DNA of 64,000 nucleotides, taken from assembly GCA_002633005.1 (NCBI GenBank), contig NMRA01000048.1, forward strand, positions 1,103,582 through 1,167,581, in the 5' to 3' direction. How positions within the stretch are numbered: position 1 is the first letter of the stretch; each line of letters opens with the position of its first letter. Below the pieces are notes generated by a model that was not told where the DNA came from, made no database searches, and saw only the letters and a program-made list of their open reading frames with translations. Of this stretch, positions 51,805 to 64,000 are shown piece by piece. The DNA is from Phoronis australis (Eukaryota; Animalia; Phoronida). Position numbers and translations under genes: made by a program.

Positions 51805-53310
51805 TTTTTGTGCGCCCACATATTTATATGTGGGTGCATATTGCCGTCATCTCTGTCTTGGCATCAAGGCATCCGGCAGCCGCGGCTGTATAGAACTCCT
51901 AAACCCCTTGCAGGATCTTATTAAAATTTGGCAGGTGTATTCCTATGGGGTTGACAACAGAGGGAGAGAAGTTTCGGACCGACCCATATACCGTTGTGTC
52001 CCCTAGTGGCAATTTTAGTTTTTTACGTTTGCCTCTGTATCTTCAAAGGTCCTCAACCGATTTTCATGAAATTTGGCACATACGCATCTATTAATGAGGT
52101 GACGCTATCCTTTTGTTTTCGGATGGTATTTTGCGCCACCTAGTGGCCATTTTTGTTGTTTACAAGTCTGCTTTTCGGCGTCTGTCCCTCCATCAACCAA
52201 ACCGCTCAAAGGATGATTGCGAAATTTTTCATGTATGTTCTTACTATGAAGTAGATGGCTGACGATGGGTTTCTGATGACTTCAACTACTGTGGCACCTC
52301 CCAGTGGCAATTTTGTTTTTCTTTGCACCTATGGCTGTATTTGTTAAACCATTTGCAGGTTTTTATCGTAAATTTATTAAGTGTATTTATATGATGTTAG
52401 TAACGCAGGACGACGACTTTAGGACAGATCTGACTACTGGTGTGCCACCTAGTGGCAATTTTATTTTGTTTACGTTTACCACTGTATCTTCAAAGGTCCT
52501 CTACATATTTTCTTAAAATTTGGCATACAGGCATCTGTTAATGATGTGACGCTATCTCTCCATTTCACCTGGATTCGACCTAGTTCGCGTCACCTAGTGG
52601 CCATTTTTACTGTTTTCGAGTCTGTATTTTGGCGTCCACTCGTCTATCAACCAAACCGCTTTCAGGATAATTGTGAAAATTGGCATGAAGTGGATGGCTG
52701 ATGATTTTCCTACGACTTCGACTACTGTGGCACCTCCTGTTGGCAGGTTTTTTTCGTTCATGGCTGTATTTCCTAAACAGTTTGCAGGATCTATGATGTT
52801 GATAACGGACAACGACGACTTTCAGACGGATCTGACCACAGGTGTGCTCCCTACTTGCAATTTTAGTTTTTTACGTTTACCTCTGTATCTTCAAAGATCC
52901 TCAACAGATTTTCATAAAATTTTGAATATAGGCATCTATTGAACAGTAGACGCTTTGCTCCTGTTTTGGGATGGAATCGAGGTATTTTGCGCCACATAGT
53001 GGCCATTTTTGCTGTTTTCAAACCCTGGTTTTGGAGTCCACCCCTCTGTCAACCAAATCCTTCTTGGGATGGTTTTGAAAATTGAATTGTTCTCAGTGTG
53101 AAGAGGATGTTTGATGATGGCGACTGACTACTGTGGCGCCTCCTAGTATTAGTTTTGGTTTGTTTCGCGCCCATAGCTGTATTAAGATAACAACAGAGCA
53201 CAACAATTTTCAGGCGGTTCCATTTTTATAATACAAATAAATAACTCTAAAAGCACACCATTTGCGATACATTCGGGGGCGCATTTCAATGCTCTGCGTT
53301 GCTTTGTTTG
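51805..53310 (+). mobile_element. Non-autonomous Helentron (HINE/DINE-1-like) with internal diverged tandem units
   Basis: T-run, then 5' hairpin TGCGCCCACATA-TTTA-TATGTGGGTGCA; 3' subTIR GGGGGCGCAT, short hairpin and T-rich end; ~140-150-bp internal units in a higher-order pattern. Confidence 0.75.
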
Positions 53311-53877
53311 TTATTTTGTGTCATTACCTTTGGCTCGTACTGTACATGAGAAGGCTTCCCATTTAGTTATAGATTAATGAGCTCGTTAGCATTCATTATC
53401 AACATAAATTCATTGCCATGTCAATATCAAACTAGCCTCGTTCTCCCCTGCTGCCTGTGGTCACGTGTAGTTTTTATGATAGGGCCGGAAGAACGTTTGG
53501 TCAAAAAACAAGAACAGCCATTTGAAACGAGCTTTCACAAAGGTGTCCTGTCTGCCATCTTATGAATAATTATCATTACATTAATGTGCCACATGCTAAT
53601 ATTCTGGCCAATCAATTGTGATCATCATGGGACCCGAACAGAGCCTAACCATACAGCAGAGCCTAATCATAGAACAGAGCCTAACCATGGAGGCGGATGA
53701 TGTCCGATCTTCCTTGATCTACCTTAAGATAGGACGACATGCGGTAGCTATATACCATATGACTCATGCATCTACTTAACATTTCTTATTCAGGTTAATT
53801 TTGGCAACGTGATAAGACCAACATCATGACTCATCATTTTGTTTATCTACTTTTAAAATGGTTAATAGTTACTTACA

Positions 53878-53954
53878 GGGGTCCCATATTTTTAGAACCA
53901 GTTTTCTCCCCTGATATAAGGGCATCAAAGTAGTTCTCAAAATCTAGGACCCCT
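53878..53954. mobile_element. ~77-bp hairpin mini-MITE
   Basis: GGGGTCCCATATTTTTAGAAC is an imperfect inverse of GTTCTCAAAATCTAGGACCCC. Confidence 0.5.
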
Positions 53955-56319
53955 CTTTAAACAACCTTATGTTTATTCAGGAAGGTCTTTAAAAATAATG
54001 AATGGTGGCCACCAACTGAATAAAACATGACATGTGACACGAGACATTGTTCATGAAGGTGTAGTTATAGTAACCAAAAAGCTCAGTAGGCTTTTTTGTT
54101 TTTTACTCTTGGGATCTTTGTATTAATCTGCCTTTGTGAAATGACATGACGAAAAGCACTCATTATGTTGGTGTCATGATCCTGTACCCTACTGAGGTTT
54201 TAGTTTGATTAGGCAGTATCGCACTGAGACAGGTGCTGAGGTCATTGACATGGATGTTACAAAAATAGCTGGAGGTTGATGCTGTCTTGGGGTCTTTGGG
54301 CCACTGGTCATAATGAAATTAGCTGTCCACTTCATTATTGATGTCTGTAGACACTAGTAGTGTGGCGCGGACTTCGTTCATAATGCATGCTGATATCTCA
54401 CAAAAGCTTTCATGATCTTCAATTGTGTTTTTGCTTCTTGCATCTACGTACAGGACCCGCCTTCACCTGAGGGGAAACATACCTGTGCCTATTCAGAGAG
54501 AAATTTTTTGGTTGTGAGTGGAACCGATCACCAATTCCACTCCCCACTGTAGCCACCCCTCATCGACAACGCCTCAGCTTAAGTAGTCATTTTGCAGAAG
54601 TGATTCTAACCTTGGCAGAAATTCTTTAGTCAGTGTTTGGAATTTTTCAACCTGATGAGGGGAATTAAACAAAAAATTTTGATATTTTTCATGGGTGAAT
54701 TGAGCCGATATTCAGCCCAGAAATCGAGGCATCATGAGCTCTGATGTGACGCAGTTTGACTTAATGGACACATGCTACTGTGTAACAAGTAGTTCAAATA
54801 CTGTGAGATATCATATGGTGTGAGGAACTGTGCCCAGTTGCATGAAATAGTTCCAGGTATAGACTCAATTAAATTTCCCAAATCTGCTGTGTATTTGTGG
54901 ACTTGTGAAAACACTAATTGTCCTTTTTTATGTTCTCATGCTGTTTGAGTCTTATTACTAAATCAATTTTTGGATTGGATATGAATAGAGTGTGAACTCT
55001 ATGTTGAATTGTCAATATTGTTGAAAATAAGTAGAGATCATTTCATGCATCGCCTCTAACTTAAGGACTACGTAAGTCCCTAATTATTTTGACTGAATTG
55101 AGGGCGCTGCTTTCAGTTAATATATTATTTGAAAATGTCATGAATTATTTCACTGCCCACTAGTAGTTCTATGTACCTTCATTTGTGTCGTTTGGAAACA
55201 ACGCCACCTGTGTTTTTTGTTGTCTTTCAAAAGTAATACGGCAAAATTTCACCAGTTTGACAAGCCATTTGGCAGACAGGGGAAATTACATTTTTCCCTG
55301 CACATGATACACTGAACTGTGCTTTATCACATTCGTGCTCTGTGCTATAGCTACCTACAGACAATATTTTGAAAAACTGCGGGCATCCAAAATGTTAAAA
55401 GTCCTTGAAAAATGAAAAACCATCGTTAGGCAATCGTTTATGTCCGAAATTACCCGGTAGTTAATGATATTGAAGAGAATCGTCTTGTAAATTGAATACT
55501 AAGCAGATTGCCCCACCCGCATATCATTTTGCTACCTTCATGTACACTTAGTTTCTACATTTACCTAGTTGTTTATTTTGTGTTCGTCTTCCCTCATCCA
55601 AGCCTTGCAAAACAAACCTTGGGATTCCTGGAATAAGCTAAACACCATTAGTTTTCAAAAACTGTTGCTTGGCAGTCATATTTCAGAGTCATTTGCTGAC
55701 AATTGTAGGATGCGGCAACGGGGTGCCAACCTCAATTTCCAAAATAGTAATGTCTGTTTGCCCTATAAATGGCATGCTGCGTTTTTTCTCTAGTCATATC
55801 TACTGGGTAATGTTTTTCACATTGATGAAATAAATTATTTATTTTTTTGATATTAAATGATATTTTCACAAAGATAAGTGGCTAGCATCGAGGTGCCACT
55901 GTGTGTCATGTGTGGCACAGACAGTGTCATGTCTGACACAGACTGGGATATGTTTTCATTCATCATCTTAGGGTAGGTAGCCTCAGTTTCATATGAGATT
56001 TGACAGCAGGCTTCCATTTTGAAAGGATATGAATTCTGCTGTCTGACTGCTGTAGTTGAAAGGCAATAAACCTGGTAGAAAGCATAATTTTATAGTATTG
56101 TAACAGGCTTGATTGATTGTGTCTGCAGGTTTTTAATCCATTTCACTTAGATGGCTTTGTGTAGAACCTTATAGCCTATAGCCTTTGTTTTTGTTATTAG
56201 ATCTTATAGGTGCGTATTTCAGAGGTTTTGCAAGAAAAGCGACTTTGATCTTTGTATTGCATCAGGTTATCATCAGATTTGTGATTTTTTAAACAGCTTC
56301 TACATTCATTAGCTCCATT

Positions 56320-56625
56320 TTGTATCGTGCTGCGAGTGCAATCCTCCCTCATTATGTATCGTGCTGCGAATGCAATCCTCCCTCATTGTGTGTTGTGCTG
56401 CGAGTGCAATCCTCCCTCATTTTGTGTTGTGCTGCAAGTGCAATCCTCCCTCATTTTGTATCGTGCTGCGAGTACAATCCTCCCTCATTATGTATCGTGC
56501 TGCGAGTGCAATCCTCCCTCATTATGTATTGTGCTGCGAGTGCAATCCTCCCTCATTTTGTATCGTGCTGCAAGTGCAATCCTCCCTCATTTTGTATCGT
56601 GCTGCAAGTGCAATCCTCCCTCATT
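56320..56625. repeat. 34-bp minisatellite (TGTATCGTGCTGCGAGTGCAATCCTCCCTCATTA/T), 9 copies
   Basis: Tandem units at 56321, 56355 and onward. Confidence 0.97.
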
Positions 56626-57112
56626 ATCTCAATTATGTGTATTTCATAATTAGTATAATTCTCTTAGTGTTGTCACATGTCAGAAAGTTTGACATAGAAT
56701 ATGTCACTGTCTGACAGGAAATTTCATTAAGAAACATCAGTGCTACCTCAGCATGAAATTTGTGATACCTTACGGTAATATGAATTTATATTGTCTGGGG
56801 AGTGATGTATTTTTTGCTATCTTGTGTCTGTAATTGAAAAAGAAATGACCCTCAAGATCTCTGACTTAGACTTGTTAATTGCGTTGCGCTTTAGGATCGT
56901 CTAAATGTAAATTTCCTACTTTAAAAACATGACTTGACCTGCCTCTGTATATTAGCTATGCCTTGCTTCTGTTTAAAAAAAATGCTCTATCAAGTAATAG
57001 GTCTTGTCAGTATAATCACAAACCAGTTATCTCATGACAGCTTTGTAACTATGGTAAATGATTTTATCTCAGTCTTGCATTCTGCAACTTTTTGTATCAT
57101 AGTAGGAAGTAG

Positions 57113-57699
57113 ACAGTGATCACCGTCTCTAGCTGGCCAGTAGAGACGGTGAAGTTCTTACTGTAGCTTCATACACTGGAAGCTTTTCGGCACATTATGC
57201 CTCACACTGATCAAAAGATCAATCACGTTGTTATTAGTACCTTTTGAGTATAGAGGGACACCTTAGGAGATTGTCAATGTATTTAATTCCTTCCAACTCG
57301 AACAAATACTCCTGTTATCAAACTTTTTCTTTGAGCAGTCTTTCGTCCAGTTCCCAAAATTGGAAAATGGTCACTTTTACACAGCGTATGTCAGGGGATA
57401 TGATGACATACCACTTGCCACCCGCAATGTTAAAAATGGCCAGTTCCTGATTTGGGCAACTGAACGAAGAACTGCTCGAAGCACAGAAGAATAACTTTGA
57501 TTAAGGGAGTATTTTTTTGAGGTGGAAGGAATTAAAGACATCAACGATTACCTTAGGTGTCCCTCTATGCACAGAAGGCACTTATAACAATGTGATTTTT
57601 TAACCAGTGTGAGGCATAATTCGCTGAAAAAATTTCACGCATATGAAGTGCCTTTAGAAGCTTTTCCATGTGTAGCTCAACTAGAGACGGTGGTCACTG
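57113..57699. mobile_element. Uninterrupted, diverged copy of the long-TIR MITE family (arms ~240 bp)
   Basis: CAGTGATCACCGTCTCTAG...CTAGAGACGGTGGTCACTG; arms inverted; homologous to 2474-2632, 6555-6650 and 1163-1409. Confidence 0.85.
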
Positions 57700-58591
57700 A
57701 TTAATTAGGATGACTTCAGTGTGCAGATGGGCACACGACCAGAAAGAATTGGAGAGAGGGCCTTTATGTTTTTAAATGTTTTTCCTGTCGTAGGTTCTTT
57801 TAAATTTCTACCTGGTTGTTGCCAACTATGTATGACTGTAGCGCTGTTCTGTTTTTGACACAAAAATATAAACCGTCACAAAGGACTGCCATAAAATCTC
57901 ACTAATTGTAGACACCAATAATTTCCAAAATGTCCATTTTTTCGTTTTTCTAGGACTTCCAACATTGTTGTGAATGTCCACAATTTTTCAAAACGGTCTC
58001 ACGGCAACTGTGGAACAGAATTTGAGGAGGAATATCTTTTAGAACCATATTATGTCCTGGATTGGTGAGATTTTATAATACTTGGCCAAAAATGGCAAAA
58101 AGAAAGAGTGGAAGATTGTCAGTTCATTCAGATGTTTTCATTGTGGAGAAAGATTTTAATTCCAATTTTTATAATCATTCGATGCAATCATCCACGTTGG
58201 GCCAACTTGAGGGTCTAAGTTGCACCCTCTCTCAGTGAAGTCTTAATCAAAACAGATAATGCTATCAAAACGAGGTGATGCAGGACATTTAATTCATTGA
58301 AACCAAATGGAAATTGATGCCATTTATTTCTCAGATTTTGCTTCTGGCAAGATTTTGTAAAACATCCGATCTGGGTATTTAATAAAATTTCAATGAGTAT
58401 GGGAGACATAAAAGCTTAAGAAGAAGGTCTAAGTGTTGTTCTAACTCATGTTGAAATGTACTTAATTTATGTGGTAAATTTCATGTAAAAATGGGAGTCA
58501 ACTGGTTTCTGCTTCTATATTTAAATATCTTGTGTTTGTATCAGTATCTTTATTGACAGACTGCTACAGCTTCCTAACATTGTATTTCCAG

Positions 58592-58733
58592 GAAAAAGTC
58601 GTTGGACTCCACCAGTAAACACCATGCTGTGCTCAAGAATAAGAGTCCTCTCCTTCCAAAGAAGTCCGCCGAGTCCATCCGGTCTGGCTCGGACGGTGAC
58701 AAAACGTACAGTGCTGAGGAAACTGACAACCAG
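58592..58733 (+). CDS. TMCC: TMCC exon: KKSLDSTSKHHAVLKNKSPLLPKKSAESIRSGSDGDKTYSAEETDNQ
   Basis: Branch-like CTAAC, acceptor TATTTCCAG|, donor CAG|GTATGT; phase 2 in, phase 0 out, in frame with 61193. Not in the ORF track. Confidence 0.85.
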
Positions 58734-58757
58734 GTATGTAATGAGTTTGGACAATTT

Positions 58758-59067
58758 TTGCATTAAGATTATGCAGGACCTTACTGACTTGCATTAAGAT
58801 TATGCAGGACCTTACTGACTTGTATTAACATTATGCAGGACCTTACTGACTTGCATTAACATTATGCAAGACCTTACTGACTTGCATTAAGATTATGCAG
58901 GACCTTACTGACTTGTATTAACATTATGCAGGACCTTACTGACTTGCATTAACATTATGCAGGACCTTACTGACTTGCATTAAGATTATGCAGGACCTTA
59001 CTGACTTGCATTAAGATTATGCAGGACCTTACTGACTTGTATTAAGATTATGCAGGACCTTACTGAC
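58758..59067. repeat. 31-bp minisatellite (TGCATTAAGATTATGCAGGACCTTACTGACT), 10 copies
   Basis: Tandem units starting ~25 bp after the exon donor. Confidence 0.97.
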
Positions 59068-61192
59068 AAGTCTGAGTGTGTATTTAGCCAAGTATGTACA
59101 CAATTATAAATTCTAACTCAGGAAAAGTACGAGTGTTTGGAAATTAGAAAGCCTAGAATTTGATCTTTGACTTTTTACCAGTCTATTATTAATTGAGTCA
59201 AGGGACCATGCCTTCTTGGTGAAAAGTACATTGTTAGCAAAGCAATGGTATCAATAACATAACCAAATTTATTTGATATCAACGTCCAAGCTCAAATCTC
59301 TAAAGTGCTTTAATAGTTAAAGTTTTCTTAATTGTCCTTTCGTTTTTGTTCATGCAACTTGTGATTTTTTCACAAAAAGCAGGTAAGTCCTATTTTTTGA
59401 TAACACCTCATGCATAATTGTAACATTTTAAAAACAATTTCTAATAACATTTTGGAGAACGGTGCATGAAACAGAGTATTTGCAAGTTTCATATCAATCC
59501 AATCACAATTTCAGAGATATGATGTTCCGAAGTTAGCCAAATTTGGACATATTTTGAGTCCTACATATCAGATGTAAAATATCCTTTAAATACAGCTCGT
59601 GAAAAGAACATAGGGTTGCGCTGTAAATGTTCATGAATAAAATTAGAGATTTGGTATAAAATTTACCACTAAGTGAAATAGGATATATAATTTTAGTGGA
59701 TCTAGGGTTTCGTTGCTGGGGTTTATTTGGTGTTAGGGAAGATTATTAAGTTATAATGAGATGTTTTGACATGTTCCAGTGTGTCCAACATCATCTTCAC
59801 TAACACATGTTTGTTGTGGACACCCCTGGTGATATTGTGATCTGGAGATTATGCATTGAGGGGGTTTAAGCCACCTGACCACCCACCCTCCTTAAATCTG
59901 CCACTGACATAGCGTGTGCAAGTAGTTTTAGGACGTCATTACAAGTTTCTTTTGACATCAATTCTGTTGTGTACACATTGCTCTGCACTAGTCAAGATTA
60001 TAAATAATTACCGGATGTCCGTGTTTTCTGAATAATTCAAGGGTGGTAATTTATCCATCCTTTCTTTCCGTGTATCTTGGCAGAATCAATTCATAAGCTT
60101 GATTAATCCATCTCGTGTGTCCTGAATGACGTGCTCTGTGTTCACCACAACTGAAAATCGAAATTTTCGGAAGCACGCAAACTATGCCCTAGAGGAGTGC
60201 AGTGTCTGGCGTTACTTGTAGTATAAATTACTTGAAGTTGCACTATCTTAAGTGCATATTTACCTGCCTTATGTTTGCCTGGTGCAGTTAAATACAGAAA
60301 ACAGGTGTTACTTGGATACAATGTGCCCACATTTTCAGAAGCAGTTTTCTCCACTGAATAACGGGCATCAAACTGGTTCTCAAAATGTGGGTATGTTATA
60401 TCAGACTATTGTTGATAAACAACATATTTTCAACTTTTTATACTTAAAACCTGATCAAAACTTATTAACAAACAGATGACATTTTTTGTGAACAAGTAGT
60501 ACCCAGCAGTGAAATCCCAAGTGTGGCCGGAATGCTATTTAACAGGTTGTAGAAACGTGTTGAAATGGGTCTTGGAGAACACTGTGTTGTTGATCTGAAG
60601 TTTGTTTACTGCCTGTTGGTGGTATTGAGTCTTTTACCCAAAAAATTCTAAAAGCTGCTGTTAACCAATGTTACATGTTAAAGTCTTGGTATGCCAACAC
60701 TGACACAAATCATTTTACTCTAAACCTGAGGTAAAACGTTCACTTCTCTCAGTTTGATCCTTGAGGACACAGTTAGTAACCTGCCTAGTTTTGCCCAACA
60801 CATATGTGTCATGATCATTTTATGTTCCAAGGATCATTCCCATTAATTGTAGATGTCTGATGCTACAATAGGGTGTTATTGTGACTACGCAGCACATGAG
60901 ACTGATACATTGCCCACTTGTTAACCTTGGGAAGTTCAATAACAAAGTCTGTTCTCTGATAGTATATCCACAACTCTTGTATCATCAATACGAAGTTAAG
61001 ATTATGGTACAAACTATGTTGTGTCTCAGAGGCAACAGAAATCTAGTCAGGTCTTATCAAATCAGCGTTTTATGAATATTATGTGTTGTGTACCTAAGAG
61101 TCCACTCGACATGTTACCTTGCGGGCATAAATGGATCATCACATCCACATTATGCCAGAGAAATGTTCGAAACTAACTCATTTCTTCTGCAG

Positions 61193-61385
61193 ACGCCAGA
61201 TATTCTGTCGGTTCCATCAGTGACGTCCAATGGAGGCAGCGTGGAGCAGCTCCTGTCAATAGAAGATGAAGATACGTCTGCCCTGACGTCGGGTCCTCTC
61301 CGCACGAAGGAGGCCATTAAAACACTGCAGCACAAAATTAACAAGACCAAGCAGTCGATAAAATCAGAGCAGACGGCAAAGGAAG
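61193..61385 (+). CDS. TMCC: TMCC exon: TPDILSVPS...RTKEAIKTLQHKINKTKQSIKSEQTAKE (start of coiled coil 1)
   Basis: CTAAC branch site, TTTCTTCTGCAG| acceptor, AAG|GTAAAG donor; resembles the TMCC motif RTKAAI..LQQKILK..EQIK.EQ.AR. Confidence 0.93.
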
Positions 61386-61754
61386 GTAAAGCTGTTAGTA
61401 GTAGTAGTAGTATTAGTATAAAACCTCGCGAAAGCTGTGTTCAAATCCACTAAACCCAGTTGTAACTCTCTTGTATAGTTATATTTTTTGTAAACCTAGC
61501 TTGTGGTATTGATGGATATAGGCTTTCCGAAAGTGTTCAGACTGAGAGTTATATAACCTTTAAGTTGGTACTAAAATTTTTAACCGCTTCTGTGTAAACA
61601 ATACCTAAGAAGTAATTATTAAGCTTTTGATCTAAACTGCAGTAAAATTGATTTCACTGTGTTCCTTACTCGCATGAGGTATGATTTCTCAGTTTGCAAG
61701 GACCTAGCAGGTAGTTACTCTTTGATGCTGTGCTTGTCTCTTGAAATGACTCAT

Positions 61755-61872
61755 AGTGACGAGCCATGTTGAGCCAGGCCCTGAGCAATAATGACACACA
61801 GTGACGAGCCATGTAGAGCCAGGCCCTGAGCAATAATGACACACAGTGACGAACCATGTAGAGCCAGGCCCT
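61755..61872. repeat. 45-bp tandem repeat, ~2.6 copies, truncated at a single N
   Basis: AGTGACGA at 61755, 61800, 61845; N at 61873. Confidence 0.9.
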
Positions 61873-61907
61873 NGAAGTAAAATGTCACTTTCCATGAAGC
61901 GCATTGG

Positions 61908-62227
61908 CCTGTTGGTACACTGTACACTATACACTGTTGGTACACTGTACACTGTACACTGTTGGTACACTGTACACTATACACTGTTGGTACACTGTAC
62001 ACTGTACACTGTTGGTACACTGTACACTGTACACTGTTGGTACACTGTACACTGTACACTGTTGGTACACTGTACACTGTACACTGTTGGTACACTGTAC
62101 ACTGTACACTGTTGGTACACTGTACACTGTACACTGTTGGTTCACTGTGCACTGTTGGTACACTGTTGGTACACTGTACACTGTACACTGTTGGTACACT
62201 GTACACTGTACACTGTTGGTACACTGT
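61908..62227. repeat. 25-bp minisatellite built from TACACTG heptamers, ~13 copies
   Basis: CTGTTGGTACACTGTACACTGTACA tandem. Confidence 0.97.
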
Positions 62228-62499
62228 ATCGCAAATTTATAATCAGTTGTAATGTCCTGTGAATTATTATATTTTTGTGCTATTTCATGTTGACAAGTTT
62301 CACAAGCATAATTTGGTCTACAAACAGCAGTACGTTATGCCACGAATGATATATTTATTTAAACGCGTAACAGTTTCAGTAGTCGCAATGTTCCATAGAC
62401 ACATGGTGTGCTCCTGAAATTATCCCCAGTGTTCTGCCTTAATGAGTTTTAAGGTGAAGAAACCTTATTGTGTTTTTACTGGTTATCCGCAAACCAATG

Positions 62500-62860
62500 T
62501 ATTGGACAGGTATCCAGTGTATGTACTATGTATACTGATATGTTACCCACTATATATACAATGTATATTAGGTTACCCACCATGTTCATGCAACATAAAT
62601 TGGTTGGTGTTCTACCTATGTATAACGTATATTGACAGGTTACCCACAACGTATATTGACAGGTGAGGTTACTTACCATGTATACAGTGTACATAGCCAG
62701 GTTACCTGCCATGTATACAATGTATATTGACAGGTTACTTGCGGTGTATGCAATGTATATTGACAGGTTACTTGCTGTGTATACAATGTATATTGACAGG
62801 TTACTTGCGGTGTATACAATGTATATGAACAGGTTACTTGGTATAAACATGTATATTGTT
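62500..62860. repeat. Degenerate ~33-bp tandem repeat
   Basis: TTGACAGGTTAC at 62727, 62760, 62793 plus decayed upstream units. Confidence 0.85.
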
Positions 62861-62958
62861 CAGCTACAAGTTCAGTTATTGGTGCATTTGCATTATTAGT
62901 ATGCTTGTTGGATTTTTCTCGATATTTTTAATTAAGATATTTGTTTTCCAATTGCCAG

Positions 62959-63184
62959 AAAGTGTCAACGAGTACCTCCGTTTAGCAGGACAGTGTGATA
63001 AACAGCAGCTTCTGCGGATAAAGACCGCATTTGAAAAGAAGAACCAAAAATCTGCGCAGACAATACAGACTCTCCAGAAAAAACTGGAGAACTATAATAA
63101 GAGGTTAAAGGATGTGGAACAGTTTGGGGTCACAGGTCACAGGCAGCCCAAGGAAGTTCTCAGGGACATGGGACATGGGCTCAA
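62959..63184 (+). CDS. TMCC: TMCC (transmembrane and coiled-coil domain family; TMCC1/2/3, TEX28, Dementin) exon; gene continues beyond the window
   Basis: (E)[75 protein letters not shown] carries the family signature EYL.LA...[24 protein letters not shown] and RQPK.VLRDM..GLK; acceptor GCCAG|, donor AA|GTGAGT; phase 1 in, phase 2 out. Confidence 0.97.
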
Positions 63185-64000
63185 GTGAGTTCACTGTGTT
63201 TGTAGTTGGTCATGATTTATGATCGATGAGCGATAAATGACTTGTTGTTGAGCTTACAATTTTTCCACAAATCTTTCTCCAGGGTGCCCGCACAGAAGTT
63301 TTATTCATGCGTAAAAGGTGCTGCACTTGATTGAGTTCACTGGTTTTGTCAGGTCAAACGGCTAAGACATTTGGTTAGTTCTCAATGACGATCTCGGGTT
63401 TACAGACCAATCAGATATCTTGGCCAGTTCAACTGGCAGAACAAATGGAAGTGAATCACATACAGCCAGTGTCTGTTGGTCTGTTGTTGGACAAACATCA
63501 GCCCTCTCTAGCCACCGACTGCAAGCAAATCGCAGAAAATTTGCAGTCTCTATGTTAAGTCAGCAGATATGACGTCTGATTGGTCAGTCAAGTGATTTAA
63601 ATCACAGCTGGTTATAAGTCTTAAATTCAAAAGTCTAGTGTGAAGGAAATCATACTTTTCATGTCGATTGAATAAAAATTTGTTTATCAAATAAGGTAAT
63701 GCTGGTTTGTAATTGTCTTGCTGAGATGATCCTTGATATTCTGTCTAAAAATCAATAACATGAGATTTGAAAAATAGCTAACGAGTACATTTGATCTGTA
63801 TCTTGTTTTGACTTGATGATCAGTGACCTTTATTAACTGATTACCTGATGCTGTGCATAAGTTTGGGGGAAAAATTCAATTACAGACATCTAAAATGATG
63901 AATCTCCACGTTTAAATGTCATGGCATGGTAACCTTGGTTATAGTCTAGAAATCTTAATTTGTTTTTTGCCCTTTTCAACTTTTTCCTCACAAATTTTAT

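Noticed and set aside
56320-56714. Cys-rich ORFs resembling metallothionein
   Set aside because: All three frames cycle through the same 34-bp tandem unit; no splice or codon support.
61088-61453. ORF-track 121-aa protein as a complete gene
   Set aside because: Only 61193-61385 is exon; the flanks are intron read-through. The same applies to 62856-62958.
61666-62899. Several repetitive ORFs
   Set aside because: Derived from the 45-, 25- and 33-bp tandem repeats within a TMCC intron.

Overview
Eukaryotic (animal, probably marine invertebrate judging by repeat types) genomic DNA, AT-rich, mostly intronic, with one 398-N gap and two single-N joins. Nearly all ORFs in the supplied track are spurious (repeats, N-runs, intron noise). 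Two spliced genes are arranged head-to-head. On the minus strand at the left edge is the first coding exon of a LOTUS/OST-HTH protein, most like TDRD7 (MDDDWKPLLRAVLMSSKEGVTAHRVT). On the plus strand is a TMCC/Dementin-family gene; three phase-compatible exons (58592-58733, 61193-61385, 62959-63184) are well supported and the gene continues beyond the window. A ~165-bp CpG-rich segment at 12487-12651 has outward-facing splice donors and looks like a shared bidirectional promoter. The ~46 kb upstream of the TMCC core holds a shared exon (38119-38275) and a series of short ATG-to-donor candidate first exons whose phases match the next acceptor, suggesting a multi-promoter N-terminus switching system (inferred, needs RNA data). 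The putative TDRD7 first intron holds a multi-level nested stack of non-autonomous DNA transposons, two with 5-bp TSDs. Elsewhere are Tc2/pogo-, Harbinger-, Zator-, Kolobok- and Helentron-like non-autonomous elements, about a dozen minisatellites, and two duplications beside assembly gaps. No CRISPR array, rRNA, tRNA or intact transposase was found.
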